Of a DNA stretch of 64,000 nucleotides, positions 19,088 to 28,461 are shown one piece after another. The stretch's first letter is position 1, and every line of letters begins with the position of its first letter. This stretch comes from a virus (Duplodnaviria > Heunggongvirae > Uroviricota > Caudoviricetes), in the IMG/VR virus record IMGVR_UViG_3300005512_005684, positions 167,003 to 231,002 of that record. One strand, given 5' to 3'. The notes under the pieces were generated by a model. The model searched no databases, was not told where the DNA came from, and saw nothing but the letters and a program-made list of their open reading frames with translations. A program made the translations under genes and the position numbers.

Positions 19088-19423
19088 ATGACGACGACGC
19101 AAGAGAAACGAATCGAGGAACTGCGCCAGGCGATTCTGCTTAGCGACGGACTCGGCGAGGCGCATGTGGACGGACACGAGTACAAACGTTTCGAGGTGAC
19201 AGACCACGAGTGTGGTCTCGTGTTCGTTCTTGCGGAAGTTGGGCGGAAGGATGACGAGGGAACGATGGCTTCGATCTACGCTCGTACTCGTCGTCACATT
19301 TGCATCGGGAGACGCGGCGGACTGAAGCTCTTGAATGCGAGGAAAGGTGAGCGTGGCGGACGCCGCGAGCCGTGTGGTTTCTGGAAGGTTGTTCATTCAC
19401 GAACCGACAGCTTTGGAGGGTAA
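19088..19423 (+). CDS. hypothetical (putative early) protein
   Basis: GGAGG RBS; first gene after motif copy 1. Confidence 0.65.
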   Translation: MTTTQEKRIEELRQAILLSDGLGEAHVDGHEYKRFEVTDHECGLVFVLAEVGRKDDEGTMASIYARTRRHICIGRRGGLKLLNARKGERGGRREPCGFWKVVHSRTDSFGG

Positions 19424-19424
19424 C

Positions 19425-19733
19425 ATGGCAAGGCGAGAACCGTTGACGATTGCGGAGGTACGATTGCTGCTCGACAAGGCTTCGGCCGCGTCGAAACTTG
19501 GTGAGCAAACGTATCTCTACCTGAGTGAGTCTGGACAAGAACATCGATCAGTCATCGACATCGTTTCAGGTGAAGATCAGTTTGGGTCAACGTGTCTTGT
19601 TCTGGTGGATCGGTTTCGTGAGGAAGAGGACTGGTCACTGCAACAGGACGAAACCGCGGAAGCGGCCCTTCGGCAAGGTCGGCCACACCGTGGGTGCGAC
19701 TCTGGAGAGCGTTTCAGTTTCTTCGATCAGTGA
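19425..19733 (+). CDS. hypothetical protein
   Basis: GGAGG RBS before ATG 19425. Confidence 0.6.
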   Translation: MARREPLTIAEVRLLLDKASAASKLGEQTYLYLSESGQEHRSVIDIVSGEDQFGSTCLVLVDRFREEEDWSLQQDETAEAALRQGRPHRGCDSGERFSFFDQ

Positions 19734-19803
19734 CACCGGCCCCGACCGGCTTTTGGGGGAGCCGGGAGGGAGTGAGGTCCAATAATCACAACAGGAGTAA
19801 ACA

Positions 19804-20391
19804 ATGACTGATTTTCAACTTTGCGAGAGGATGACAGAAATGAACGTGTACATCTACCAAGCTGACGTGTGGTGTGAAGACTGTGCCGAAGCGATCAAGT
19901 CGAGACTTGCGTCCGAAGGAAATGTGCCGGAAGACCCGAGTGACGAAACGACGTTCGACTCGGACGAGTACCCGAAGGGTCCGTATGACGACGGGGGAGG
20001 GGAAGCGGACTCGCCGCAGCATTGCGGTGCCGGGTCTGAGTGCCTGAACGCCGTCGAGTTCGCGGACGGCCACAAAGTCGGGTGCTTCCTTGAGAACCCA
20101 CTCACGTCGGACGGAGTGGACTACCTGGTGGAACAATACAGGGAAGACCACGAGAGTGACGTGGTAGCTCTTTGGGTGGACTACTACGACGACGTGCTTC
20201 CGAAGGTCGAGTGTCCGACGTGTCTGGAACCGTCCGTGTGTCTGGTCGAGTACGAAGGTGAGCAAATGTGTCCACCGTGTGCCAGCCACTTCCAGATCGA
20301 GGCGGAGTATGACGCGGCGGAATACGAAGAGTTTCTGAAGTCAAGTGAAATGAAGGGTGCGGAAGATCAAGAATCTTGCTGCGAGACTTGA
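19804..20391 (+). CDS. acidic Cys-rich hypothetical protein
   Basis: YIYQADVWCEDC..FDSDEYPKGP..EADSPQHC; CAGGAG RBS. Confidence 0.7.
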   Translation: MTDFQLCERMTEMNVYIYQADVWCEDCAEAIKSRLASEGNVPEDPSDETTFDSDEYPKGPYDDGGGEADSPQHCGAGSECLNAVEFADGHKVGCFLENPLTSDGVDYLVEQYREDHESDVVALWVDYYDDVLPKVECPTCLEPSVCLVEYEGEQMCPPCASHFQIEAEYDAAEYEEFLKSSEMKGAEDQESCCET

Positions 20392-20418
20392 CGAACCTTT
20401 AACCGACTGAGAGAGGGG

Positions 20419-20760
20419 GTGATTTTTCTGAGTGCTCTAAGCACAGTTACCGACTCGATTCGTGCGAAGCAACAGGAGCGCGACCACTTGCTTACCGTTC
20501 TGGAAATGTGGGAACAGGTGGAAGCGCAGGGGATCGACCCGGAAGCGGTGAAGTCGTTTACCTTCGATCCTTCGTTGCTGACGCCGGAGCAGAAACGGTT
20601 TCGCAGCCGTGAGATTGCAGAGCGTCGTGGTGACCCATTCGTGGGCGAGATCACGATGACGGATGACGGTCGTCGAGTGGCGTCCGTGAAGATGTTCAAC
20701 GTGGTACGGATGCGCGACGGTCGTCGAGTGGTGTTGGAACCGATGATCGACCGCGTGTGA
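20419..20760 (+). CDS. hypothetical protein
   Basis: 113-aa ORF. Confidence 0.6.
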   Translation: MIFLSALSTVTDSIRAKQQERDHLLTVLEMWEQVEAQGIDPEAVKSFTFDPSLLTPEQKRFRSREIAERRGDPFVGEITMTDDGRRVASVKMFNVVRMRDGRRVVLEPMIDRV

Positions 20761-20833
20761 CTTTCGACTCCGCTCGCCAGGTTCAGTCGGGTGTACGATT
20801 GACCTGGCGAGCGACTTCCAACAGGAGCAAACA

Positions 20834-20977
20834 ATGAAGGAAGTTGGAACAACGACGTTCAAAGTGAAAGTCAAGGTTACGCCGGCCCCGCCTCGTCAGG
20901 TTCCGGTCGAGGTGCGACGGGTTGTCCGGGCGAACTGGAAGGAACTCCTCCAGTACGGGCGTCCGAACGGAAAATGA
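20834..20977 (+). CDS. 47-aa hypothetical protein (below ORF-track cutoff)
   Basis: CAGGAG RBS; MKEVGTTTFKVKVKVTPAPPRQVPVEVRRVVRANWKELLQYGRPNGK. Confidence 0.55.
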   Translation: MKEVGTTTFKVKVKVTPAPPRQVPVEVRRVVRANWKELLQYGRPNGK

Positions 20978-21021
20978 TTTTCCATGATAAGCGGAAGGGT
21001 ATCGGATTGAGTCTACAGGTG
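20978..21021 (+). promoter_or_regulatory. conserved phage promoter-like motif, copy 2
   Basis: TTTTCCATGATAAGCGGAAGGGTATCGGATTGAGTCTACAGGTG. Confidence 0.75.
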
Positions 21022-21061
21022 AAACGTGTTTTTCAGGTACTTCCTTCAGACGAGGTGAACC

Positions 21062-21427
21062 ATGCAGCTTTTCGTTATCTTCGAGGAACAGGTTGGGAAG
21101 AACAAGTTCGTGGACCGCGAATATGCCAAGCTCAAGACGCAACAGGAAAGTGAACGCAAGCGCCGGGAGGCCGAAGAGAATCAGGCAAGGCGCGAGGCCG
21201 AGCAACAGATCGCGTTGGAGTTGCGGATCGAAGAGGCGCAGCGTGAGTTGCGCGCAGGCAACGCTCGCATCCGTTCACTGGACCATAGCACGTCCACCAT
21301 GTTGTCGGGGGACGGAAAGATGTCCGGTGACGAGTTGGAACGGTTCCAGCGTGAGCGTCGGGAGATCATGCGACTGCGACGGACGTGCGGTCGATTGCGT
21401 GGCGAGTTGGACAGACTCACTGCGTAG
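21062..21427 (+). CDS. coiled-coil hypothetical protein
   Basis: GAGG RBS; charged helical composition. Confidence 0.65.
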   Translation: MQLFVIFEEQVGKNKFVDREYAKLKTQQESERKRREAEENQARREAEQQIALELRIEEAQRELRAGNARIRSLDHSTSTMLSGDGKMSGDELERFQRERREIMRLRRTCGRLRGELDRLTA

Positions 21428-21469
21428 GTGTCACATTTTTCAGAGTTACTTCTACAAAAAGGGAGAACA

Positions 21470-21604
21470 GTGAAAGGGAAACACGATTGTCAAAAGCCGA
21501 AGTCAGACCCGACGTACAACGCCGAGTGGTCTGGCGTTAGCTCTGCGCCGCATTGCGAGAACAAGTGCGGTGAGTGTGGTTCGGTGGTGGTCGCGAGTCA
21601 ATGA
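21470..21604 (+). CDS. small Cys-rich ORF
   Basis: GGGAG RBS + GTG; HCENKCGECG. Confidence 0.4.
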   Translation: MKGKHDCQKPKSDPTYNAEWSGVSSAPHCENKCGECGSVVVASQ

Positions 21605-21627
21605 GTTCACTGTTGTAAAAGGAGAAA

Positions 21628-22008
21628 ATGATCATGATGTCAACGGCTACTCTCTCCCGGTTGAATAACGACGTGTGTGCCAAAGCTGCGTCGAAGGGAC
21701 TCAAACCTTATGTCCCGTTCGACCAGGCCGAGATTGACGCATTTCCGCCGTTTCCCTTCCCGAACCTTGGCGGCTTCGAGCCGGAGGGTTGGGAAGAGGT
21801 TGGTCGGTATTTCTTGGACAAGACCGGAACCGATGACAGTGGTCCGGCCATGAGTCTCGATCATTTCAAGAGTATGCTCACACCTGGTGTCGGGTACGCT
21901 ATCGTTGAGGAAGGTGAGTACCAGGTGTACATTGGCGAATTCGCCAGAAAGGGGAAGAACGATGGGTTACCTCGGGTTGAAGAGAATGGCGAAGCAGGCT
22001 CACGATAA
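21628..22008 (+). CDS. hypothetical protein
   Basis: AGGAG RBS. Confidence 0.65.
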   Translation: MIMMSTATLSRLNNDVCAKAASKGLKPYVPFDQAEIDAFPPFPFPNLGGFEPEGWEEVGRYFLDKTGTDDSGPAMSLDHFKSMLTPGVGYAIVEEGEYQVYIGEFARKGKNDGLPRVEENGEAGSR

Positions 22009-22312
22009 AAAGACTCGTGAAGAACGGGATCGCTTCCAACGAGCGTTGGTGAGTGTTTTCGGGATCACGGAGGCAAAGGCGGATGAATTGGCGGAGGATT
22101 TCTTTCGCCACGAGCCAACCGGGTATCTCGGCTTACAGGACGATGACATGACCTTGCTTCACGACGGCAGCAATATGAAGAGGCTTCGTCTGGTGAGGGT
22201 GTGTCGGTGTGGTAAGCCGTACGCTGACGAGGTGACCTCGGCGGAGCAATTGGGAGCGATTCTCAGCCAGGAAAGCCCTGTATGTCACTCGTGTGCCAGG
22301 GGGACTGCATGA
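21962..22312 (+). CDS. hypothetical Zn-finger protein
   Basis: CRCG..CHSC. Confidence 0.55.
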   Translation: MGYLGLKRMAKQAHDKKTREERDRFQRALVSVFGITEAKADELAEDFFRHEPTGYLGLQDDDMTLLHDGSNMKRLRLVRVCRCGKPYADEVTSAEQLGAILSQESPVCHSCARGTA

Positions 22313-22569
22313 ACGTCTATACCAAAGACGGCAAGGAACGTAAGAACCTTACGACGTACCAACGGACTCACCGTCCCGTTCGGTCTCGTGAGGCTCGTTG
22401 TACCGGTGGACTGAAGGATGGGCAATGTGTGGATTGCGGTCGCTTCCTTCGACGGAAGGGTCCACACAAGCCCAACGTCACCGGTTCTCTCGGATGGATT
22501 CACCAGTACGCAGACGGCTCCTGGGTTGTGGCTGGACCTGGGGAGTCAATACAAAGGAGTACCACGTGA
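22309..22569 (+). CDS. small Zn-finger protein
   Basis: ATGA coupling; CTGG..CVDCG. Confidence 0.55.
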   Translation: MNVYTKDGKERKNLTTYQRTHRPVRSREARCTGGLKDGQCVDCGRFLRRKGPHKPNVTGSLGWIHQYADGSWVVAGPGESIQRSTT

Positions 22570-22859
22570 TCAATGCTGGAAAGATGATCGTGAGGACCCA
22601 CCGGGCCGCTGAGTTACACGGTAACCCGGAGAATCCTTTTTACAAACCGGCACACTGGCCGAAGCACTACACGTTCGCCAGGAGTCGGTACTCGACCGAA
22701 CAGGCGAAGCTATTGATGAAGGAAGCTATCCTCCAAGCGCAGGAGGATGGCTACGAGGTCGAGGACCTTCGTTCGGTCGAGGATCAGTGTGACTGCAAGG
22801 TCATGCGAAGGATTAAACTCGGTTGGGTGTGTCTCGTTCACGGAAGACAGGGGGAGTAA
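22566..22859 (+). CDS. hypothetical protein
   Basis: GTGA coupling; CDC..CLVH. Confidence 0.55.
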   Translation: MINAGKMIVRTHRAAELHGNPENPFYKPAHWPKHYTFARSRYSTEQAKLLMKEAILQAQEDGYEVEDLRSVEDQCDCKVMRRIKLGWVCLVHGRQGE

Positions 22860-22862
22860 CCC

Positions 22863-23069
22863 ATGCTACCTGAGTTGTGCGAAGTCGGAATGAAGTTGAA
22901 GGCCCGGCTGTTCGGTCAAACCGAGTACGTTGATGTCGTAGTCGAGGTTGTCAAGACCTACGACGAAATGTGTCGGGAGAACCTTCGTGGACGCATCGGT
23001 GTTCGAGTCCTTTCAACAAGCGCACTGGAGTTCATTCCCGGTGCGGACGTTTTGGGGGAAACTGAATGA
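22863..23069 (+). CDS. hypothetical protein
   Basis: 68-aa ORF with RBS. Confidence 0.55.
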   Translation: MLPELCEVGMKLKARLFGQTEYVDVVVEVVKTYDEMCRENLRGRIGVRVLSTSALEFIPGADVLGETE

Positions 23070-23404
23070 GTGGATTGAACCGTATCAGCAAGCGGGAAGC
23101 TCAGAAACGATTCGCTAACCGTGAGCCGGTGATCTTTTGCCCGTGTTTGCTTTGGCCAGGTGGACCGTGGAACGTCGAGTGTGAGATCGATCCGAAGCCG
23201 TGGATTGAGCGCGCCGATACTTACAGGGGTCATCCTGATCTCTGGAAGGGAGACGCGGAATCTACGGCGTGGTGTCTCGCCTATGCCAACTGGGCGTACT
23301 ACAACACTGGCCCCGGGCAAGGTCGCTATGCTCACTACTACGTGAGGAACGACCAATGTACGACTGGAGAGAACGCGTGTGCGAACTCTGCGACGATATC
23401 TTAG
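23066..23404 (+). CDS. hypothetical protein
   Basis: ATGA coupling. Confidence 0.6.
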   Translation: MSGLNRISKREAQKRFANREPVIFCPCLLWPGGPWNVECEIDPKPWIERADTYRGHPDLWKGDAESTAWCLAYANWAYYNTGPGQGRYAHYYVRNDQCTTGENACANSATIS

Positions 23405-23646
23405 GGTGCGACGTGTTCGTGGACGCGACCAGCATACGGGTGTTTTCCAATGATGCGTTGGTACTCTACCTGGAGGCTGGCTCCGAGTCGCAACGTGCGG
23501 TCGTTGTCGCGAACACAATGGCAGTCCAAGGTGACGTTTCGATTGCTTCATGGTCTTCCGGGTCTCGACTATCGGCTCGACAGGTGTTGGATGCTTTCGT
23601 GGAGCTTCGGGACTCGTGTGAGGCCGTAGGGAATGGAATCAGATAG
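23356..23646 (+). CDS. hypothetical protein
   Basis: GAGGA RBS before ATG 23356. Confidence 0.55.
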   Translation: MYDWRERVCELCDDILGCDVFVDATSIRVFSNDALVLYLEAGSESQRAVVVANTMAVQGDVSIASWSSGSRLSARQVLDAFVELRDSCEAVGNGIR

Positions 23647-23655
23647 GAGCAAAAC

Positions 23656-24177
23656 ATGAAGATGACTAAAGTCGCAATGTTCGCGATTGTTCGCGAAGCC
23701 ATAGAGTTCACCGGAATCGACCAGGAGATCGTTGAGTATCACCTGAGCGAGATCAAGAACTCCAGGATGACTATCAAGGCTCTGACGGACATCGTGCGGC
23801 TGCTTGCCGCTGTGGCCGGGACACCCCGTGGTGACAAGTACTACGGCTTCGAGGTACGTCGGTCAGTACCGGTGGACGTAGTGGCCGATCAATCGTCAGT
23901 CAATCCACCTGAGTTTCGGGATCGTCGAGGTGCGCTCGCACGGCTTATGGAAGTGATCAAGTTCACTGGAATCGATCCTGAGATCGTGAGGCAGAGTTAC
24001 TATCATTTCTACAACGAAGGTCTGACGGTTAAGGACCTGCAAACAGTGGAGAGTCTCCTGGCCGCGGTGGCCGGGTCTCCGTACGGTTCGACTTACTATG
24101 GTCACCCGGTTCGCCGGTCGGTGGCCGTCAGCCAGGCCGAAGACCGGCGAACCGGATCGGACAGGCTGGATCCGTAG
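23656..24177 (+). CDS. hypothetical protein with internal domain duplication
   Basis: I(E/K)FTGID..LLAAVAG(T/S)P.G..YYG..VRRSV occurs twice. Confidence 0.7.
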   Translation: MKMTKVAMFAIVREAIEFTGIDQEIVEYHLSEIKNSRMTIKALTDIVRLLAAVAGTPRGDKYYGFEVRRSVPVDVVADQSSVNPPEFRDRRGALARLMEVIKFTGIDPEIVRQSYYHFYNEGLTVKDLQTVESLLAAVAGSPYGSTYYGHPVRRSVAVSQAEDRRTGSDRLDP

Positions 24178-24193
24178 AAAGGGGTAACGAATC

Positions 24194-24550
24194 ATGAAAC
24201 AAGTGTTCATGGATCAGATCGGTTTTACGGACTGGAAGCAACTCCGCCCGGAGGACGTACTGGAACTGACGGGTCGCTCGGACATCGGCAAGGTGTTCTT
24301 GAGTCCCGACGTTCACAGCCTCCATATCGTCTGGGAAGAGGACGAACATGTTCGTCATGAGGTTGCGGACTATGACGAAGACCAGGCCATCGGAGAGTTT
24401 CTGGGCGAACATATCGGTGACGACTCGTGGGACGACCACGAGGGCGCGGACATCTACGAACTGATCTCTGACTTCGGTAACGAGAGTGCGGAAACCACGG
24501 CGGTGATCTCTCTCGCCGAACTGACACAAGGGGAAACAGTCAATGCTTAA
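24194..24550 (+). CDS. small highly acidic protein
   Basis: D/E-rich 118 aa. Confidence 0.65.
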   Translation: MKQVFMDQIGFTDWKQLRPEDVLELTGRSDIGKVFLSPDVHSLHIVWEEDEHVRHEVADYDEDQAIGEFLGEHIGDDSWDDHEGADIYELISDFGNESAETTAVISLAELTQGETVNA

Positions 24551-24815
24551 CCGTGAAGCGAACGAAGCGGTGTGCAAAACTGCGACCAGCATCCGGTGGC
24601 TGGATGTTCATGCTGCTATCTCGCAGGCGGAGTACATCCGGTCGTGTTCCCGTGTCCTCATGGAGCAGATTGACATTCTCTCCTATCGACGTGGGGGAAC
24701 CTTCGAGTGGAACACTGCTCTGGAGACCGTGAGGTCGCTGGAGCAAGAGGTCAATGACAGGACAGCTAAAGTCATCGAATCACGGAGGAAAGATCATGTC
24801 AAAACCGGAAGGTAA
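24543..24815 (+). CDS. hypothetical protein
   Basis: 90-aa ORF. Confidence 0.55.
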   Translation: MLNREANEAVCKTATSIRWLDVHAAISQAEYIRSCSRVLMEQIDILSYRRGGTFEWNTALETVRSLEQEVNDRTAKVIESRRKDHVKTGR

Positions 24816-25026
24816 GATCGTTCAGTTCGACGAACTCAACGAGCATGGTCTCGTTCTGAAGCTGGACAATGGAACGACCGTGAGGGTGTCTGCGAATCCG
24901 AGAGGACTGTACCTTCATGTGAGTGGTATCGAGGGAGGGCTTCGGGTGGCTGAGTTACCTGATGCTAGTCTCTCGAATTTCGTCAACCTTCAATTCGATC
25001 CTTTTGACAGCGGGGGGTGCGAATGA
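24796..25026 (+). CDS. hypothetical protein
   Basis: GGAGG RBS before ATG 24796. Confidence 0.6.
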   Translation: MSKPEGKIVQFDELNEHGLVLKLDNGTTVRVSANPRGLYLHVSGIEGGLRVAELPDASLSNFVNLQFDPFDSGGCE

Positions 25027-25469
25027 ACTCAAACGATCACCAGTACGTCGATGGTCTGCCGCAGGAAAGGATCGACGAGATCATTTCCATCGTACACGAG
25101 CGGTGTATCGTCGAGGTACTACCTCCCAATGCTGAGTTCGACCACCGCGTGGTGGAAGACGAGGACGAAGACCCGGTTCTCGAAATCTGGCCATGTTCGA
25201 TCCAGATGTTCGGGGGCGAGGACGATGGGCAAGTGTCTCCCGCGGACTACGCTCTTGACGTGAACGCCGTGGTCGAGCATGTCTTCGACGGCGAGTGTTC
25301 AATGAGGTGGGAGTCAACAGGGGACATTATGTTCTTTCACGAGGACGGAGAGTTCACGTTGCGGTTTTTGGTCGGAGACCCGGAAGAGGACGACGACACG
25401 AAGCCGCGCTTTCGCTTCAACCTTTTCGCAGGAGAACTGCAAAGCAATGAACTTGATGAACCAGAGTAA
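25023..25469 (+). CDS. small highly acidic protein
   Basis: ATGA coupling; D/E-rich. Confidence 0.65.
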   Translation: MNSNDHQYVDGLPQERIDEIISIVHERCIVEVLPPNAEFDHRVVEDEDEDPVLEIWPCSIQMFGGEDDGQVSPADYALDVNAVVEHVFDGECSMRWESTGDIMFFHEDGEFTLRFLVGDPEEDDDTKPRFRFNLFAGELQSNELDEPE

Positions 25470-25656
25470 GCCGTGTCCGAAGTGCGGGAAGCCGAACTCG
25501 TCTCCTGACGGTGAGCAGTACTGCGGCTCTTGCGAGTCCGCGTACCAGTGTGACCGAGCGAAGCACGAGGGACGTGAAAGGCAACGAGTCCGCAGTAAGT
25601 TCGGGATTCCTTCGCACGTCCCTGAGTCGAATTGGGCATCGTGGATCAATGCCTGA
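25447..25656 (+). CDS. small Zn-finger protein
   Basis: CPKCG..YCGSC. Confidence 0.55.
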   Translation: MNLMNQSKPCPKCGKPNSSPDGEQYCGSCESAYQCDRAKHEGRERQRVRSKFGIPSHVPESNWASWINA

Positions 25657-25670
25657 AACTTTTTTCCGAC

Positions 25671-25713
25671 TTTTCATGATAAGCGGAAGGGTATCGGATT
25701 GAGTCTACAGGTG
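25671..25713 (+). promoter_or_regulatory. conserved phage promoter-like motif, copy 3
   Basis: TTTTCATGATAAGCGGAAGGGTATCGGATTGAGTCTACAGGTG; core identical to copy 2. Confidence 0.75.
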
Positions 25714-25771
25714 AGGGAAGGAAGTTCCTTCCATGTTGGTTTTTGGTATTTCGCGACGAGGAAGATGAATC

Positions 25772-28096
25772 ATGGGTGTTTTGACTTACAATAGCCGCGC
25801 TAACCTCTACGTCTGGCAGGGCGGGTACGAGGAACGGCACGTGCCGAAGCAGGCCGGTTTCCGGTGGTGCTCCGGGCGTTGTAGTTCTAAGTACAACTGC
25901 AAGGCGTGTTCGTCTGGACTGAGGAAGGTGTGGTGGACAGACGACGGAAGCGTGGCTGCAAAACTTGGGCAGTACGCTGACGACTCGGCTAAGGCCGTGT
26001 TCGGCGGCGAACCGCCTGCGGCTGCGAGTGCTCCCGAACCTGCGCCTGAGCCGCCCCGTGATACCAGTAAACTGATCCGTAACGAGGAAGCTGGCATCTA
26101 CGTTTGGCAAGGCGAGTACGAGGAAAAGCACATTCCGAAAGAGGCTGGCTTCCGGTGGTGCTCCGGCAATTGCGATCCGAAGTACAAGTGCGGAGCCTGT
26201 CCGGCTGGCTTGTCCAAGGTTTGGTGGACGTACAAGGACGACGTTGCCGCCAAGCTCGCAAACTTTGCGAACGCCGAGTTGAAGCATCGGTTGCTTTCGG
26301 TTGGTCGTCGTAAACAGGAGCGACTCGACGCAAGTCGTGCCGCGTCTGCGGACGTGGAACTGCCGAAGCCGGAAGGGTTGGAATACCTCCCGTTCCAGAA
26401 AGCCGGTGTCGCGTACGCTCTTGACCGACACAGTACGCTGATCGGTGACGAAATGGGATTGGGGAAAACGATCCAGGCCATCGGGATCATGAACGCCGAT
26501 CCGAGTGTCGAACAGGTGTTGGTTATCTGTCCGGCGTCACTCAAGATCAACTGGAAACGTGAGGTTGAGAAATGGTCGGTGCGTCCGGTGAAGGTTGGAA
26601 TCGCTTCGGGCGATTACTTCCCGGATTCGACACACAACGTGTTCGTGATCAACTACGACATTCTCAAGCGTCACGAATCCAAGATGAAGGGTTTTCAGTG
26701 GGATATGTTGGTGGTGGACGAATGCCACTTGCTGAAAAACCCAAAGGTCCAGCGAACGAAGATCGTGCTCGGTCACTACGACCGCGAGAAAAAGTGTCGG
26801 ACGGTCGAGCCGATTGATGCGCGTCGGCTGGTCTTCATGACCGGGACACCTATCGTCAATAGGCCGGTTGAGCTTCACCCGATTGCGGCTCGGCTTGCGC
26901 CGCAGGTGTTTGGCAATTTCTGGAGGTACGCCCAGAGATACTGCGACGCACAGGAGACCAAGTACGGTTGGGATTTCACCGGTGCGTCGAATCTGGAGGA
27001 ACTCCAGGAGAAACTCCGGTTGTCGATCATGGTGCGACGCCTGAAGTCGGAAGTTATGAAAGAGCTTCCGCCGAAGGTGCGGCAAGTGATCGAAATGCCA
27101 GCTAACGGTTGTGCCAACGCCGTGGCACGTGAGGTCGAATGGTTCAACGAGTACGAAGATCAGATGGAAGAACTCGAAGCCAACGTCGAACTCGCGAAGA
27201 TCGGTGGGACGGAGGAAGAGTACCGGGAAGCGGTTCGTCAGCTTCACGAGGGCATACAGGTGGCCTTCACCGAAATGTCTCAGGTGAGGCACGCGACCGC
27301 GTTGGAAAAGGTCCCGATGGTCGTCGAGCACTTGGAGAACGCTATCGAGTCCTCGGGCAAAGTGATTTGTTTCGCTCACCACCGCGACGTGATTGCGAAA
27401 ATCCTGGAAGCGTTTCCGGATGCCGTGTCTATCACGGGCGATACGCCGATGGTGAAGCGTGACGAAGCGGTAGCAAAGTTCCAGAACGATCCTGAGTGCA
27501 AACTCTTCGTTGGGAACATTCAGGCCGCGGGAGTGGGGCTTACGCTTAATGCGTCGAGCCATGTTGTGTTTGCCGAGTTGGATTGGGTACCTGGTAACGT
27601 GAGCCAGGCCGAAGATCGGGCGCACCGGTTCGGACAGAAGTACTCCGTGCTCGTTCAACATCTTGTTCTTGAGGGTTCACTTGACGCGAGGATGGCCAAC
27701 ATCATCGTGGTCAAGCAAGAGGTGATCGACAAGGCACTGAATGACGAGATCAGGATGGAGATCATGGAGGTGCCGGTGACCCCGATCAAACGTGACCGTT
27801 CCGAGATTCAACGTGACCTGCTTGCGGAGGAAGCGGAAAAGATCACGGTGGAACAGACGGAAGCAATCCACGAGGGTCTCCGTGTGATCGCTGGTATGTG
27901 TGACGGTGCCGAGCAACTTGACGGCATGGGCTTCAACAAGTTCGACACGAAGGTGGGCAAGCGGCTTGCCGGAAGTATCGTGTTGGAACCGATGCAAGCT
28001 GCGTACGGTCGTCGGCTTGTAAGGAAGTACCGTCGGCAGTTGCCGTCGGACCTGGTGACGCTCGCCGTCGAAGGTACGAACGGAAAGGCTGCGTAA
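25772..28096 (+). CDS. SNF2/SWI2-family (SMARCAL1/HARP-like) helicase with tandem N-terminal Cys-containing domains
   Basis: IGDEMGLGKT, VICPASL, VVDECH, MTGTPIVN, RRLK, FAHH, GVGLTL, QAEDRAHR; duplicated YVWQG.YEE.H.PK.AGFRWCSG.C..KY.C.AC..GL.KVWWT. Confidence 0.9.
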   Translation: MGVLTYNSRANLYVWQGGYEERHVPKQAGFRWCSGRCSSKYNCKACSSGLRKVWWTDDGSVAAKLGQYADDSAKAVFGGEPPAAASAPEPAPEPPRDTSKLIRNEEAGIYVWQGEYEEKHIPKEAGFRWCSGNCDPKYKCGACPAGLSKVWWTYKDDVAAKLANFANAELKHRLLSVGRRKQERLDASRAASADVELPKPEGLEYLPFQKAGVAYALDRHSTLIGDEMGLGKTIQAIGIMNADPSVEQVLVICPASLKINWKREVEKWSVRPVKVGIASGDYFPDSTHNVFVINYDILKRHESKMKGFQWDMLVVDECHLLKNPKVQRTKIVLGHYDREKKCRTVEPIDARRLVFMTGTPIVNRPVELHPIAARLAPQVFGNFWRYAQRYCDAQETKYGWDFTGASNLEELQEKLRLSIMVRRLKSEVMKELPPKVRQVIEMPANGCANAVAREVEWFNEYEDQMEELEANVELAKIGGTEEEYREAVRQLHEGIQVAFTEMSQVRHATALEKVPMVVEHLENAIESSGKVICFAHHRDVIAKILEAFPDAVSITGDTPMVKRDEAVAKFQNDPECKLFVGNIQAAGVGLTLNASSHVVFAELDWVPGNVSQAEDRAHRFGQKYSVLVQHLVLEGSLDARMANIIVVKQEVIDKALNDEIRMEIMEVPVTPIKRDRSEIQRDLLAEEAEKITVEQTEAIHEGLRVIAGMCDGAEQLDGMGFNKFDTKVGKRLAGSIVLEPMQAAYGRRLVRKYRRQLPSDLVTLAVEGTNGKAA

Positions 28097-28176
28097 CGAG
28101 GATCGTCGTGAGGGGGAGTAGGAGGCTTCCCCTCACGGCATTTCAACAGGAATCCTTTACTACAGGAGCGAGAAAC

Positions 28177-28461
28177 ATGGGAGCATTGCAAGCTGCTGGA
28201 ATGAGGGAAATATTGAGTCGCAGGCAAGCCGTCGAGTGGCACCTGCAATACAACATGTGTCCTCCTGTGCCGCTCGTCTGCGCCGACCTGGCGGAGACGT
28301 TGTTGGAGGAACTGGATTCGGGCGATCTCCCGGATGACTGGTGGAACGAAGAGGTCGATCATCCGTTCAAGGATACGATGGTCACGAAGCGCGGAGTCGT
28401 CGAGGGGCTTCGCCTGGAAGCGTTGGTTTCTCACGGTGACGACGAGGAAGGGGGTGAGTAA
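28177..28461 (+). CDS. hypothetical protein
   Basis: CAGGAG RBS before ATG 28177. Confidence 0.6.
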   Translation: MGALQAAGMREILSRRQAVEWHLQYNMCPPVPLVCADLAETLLEELDSGDLPDDWWNEEVDHPFKDTMVTKRGVVEGLRLEALVSHGDDEEGGE

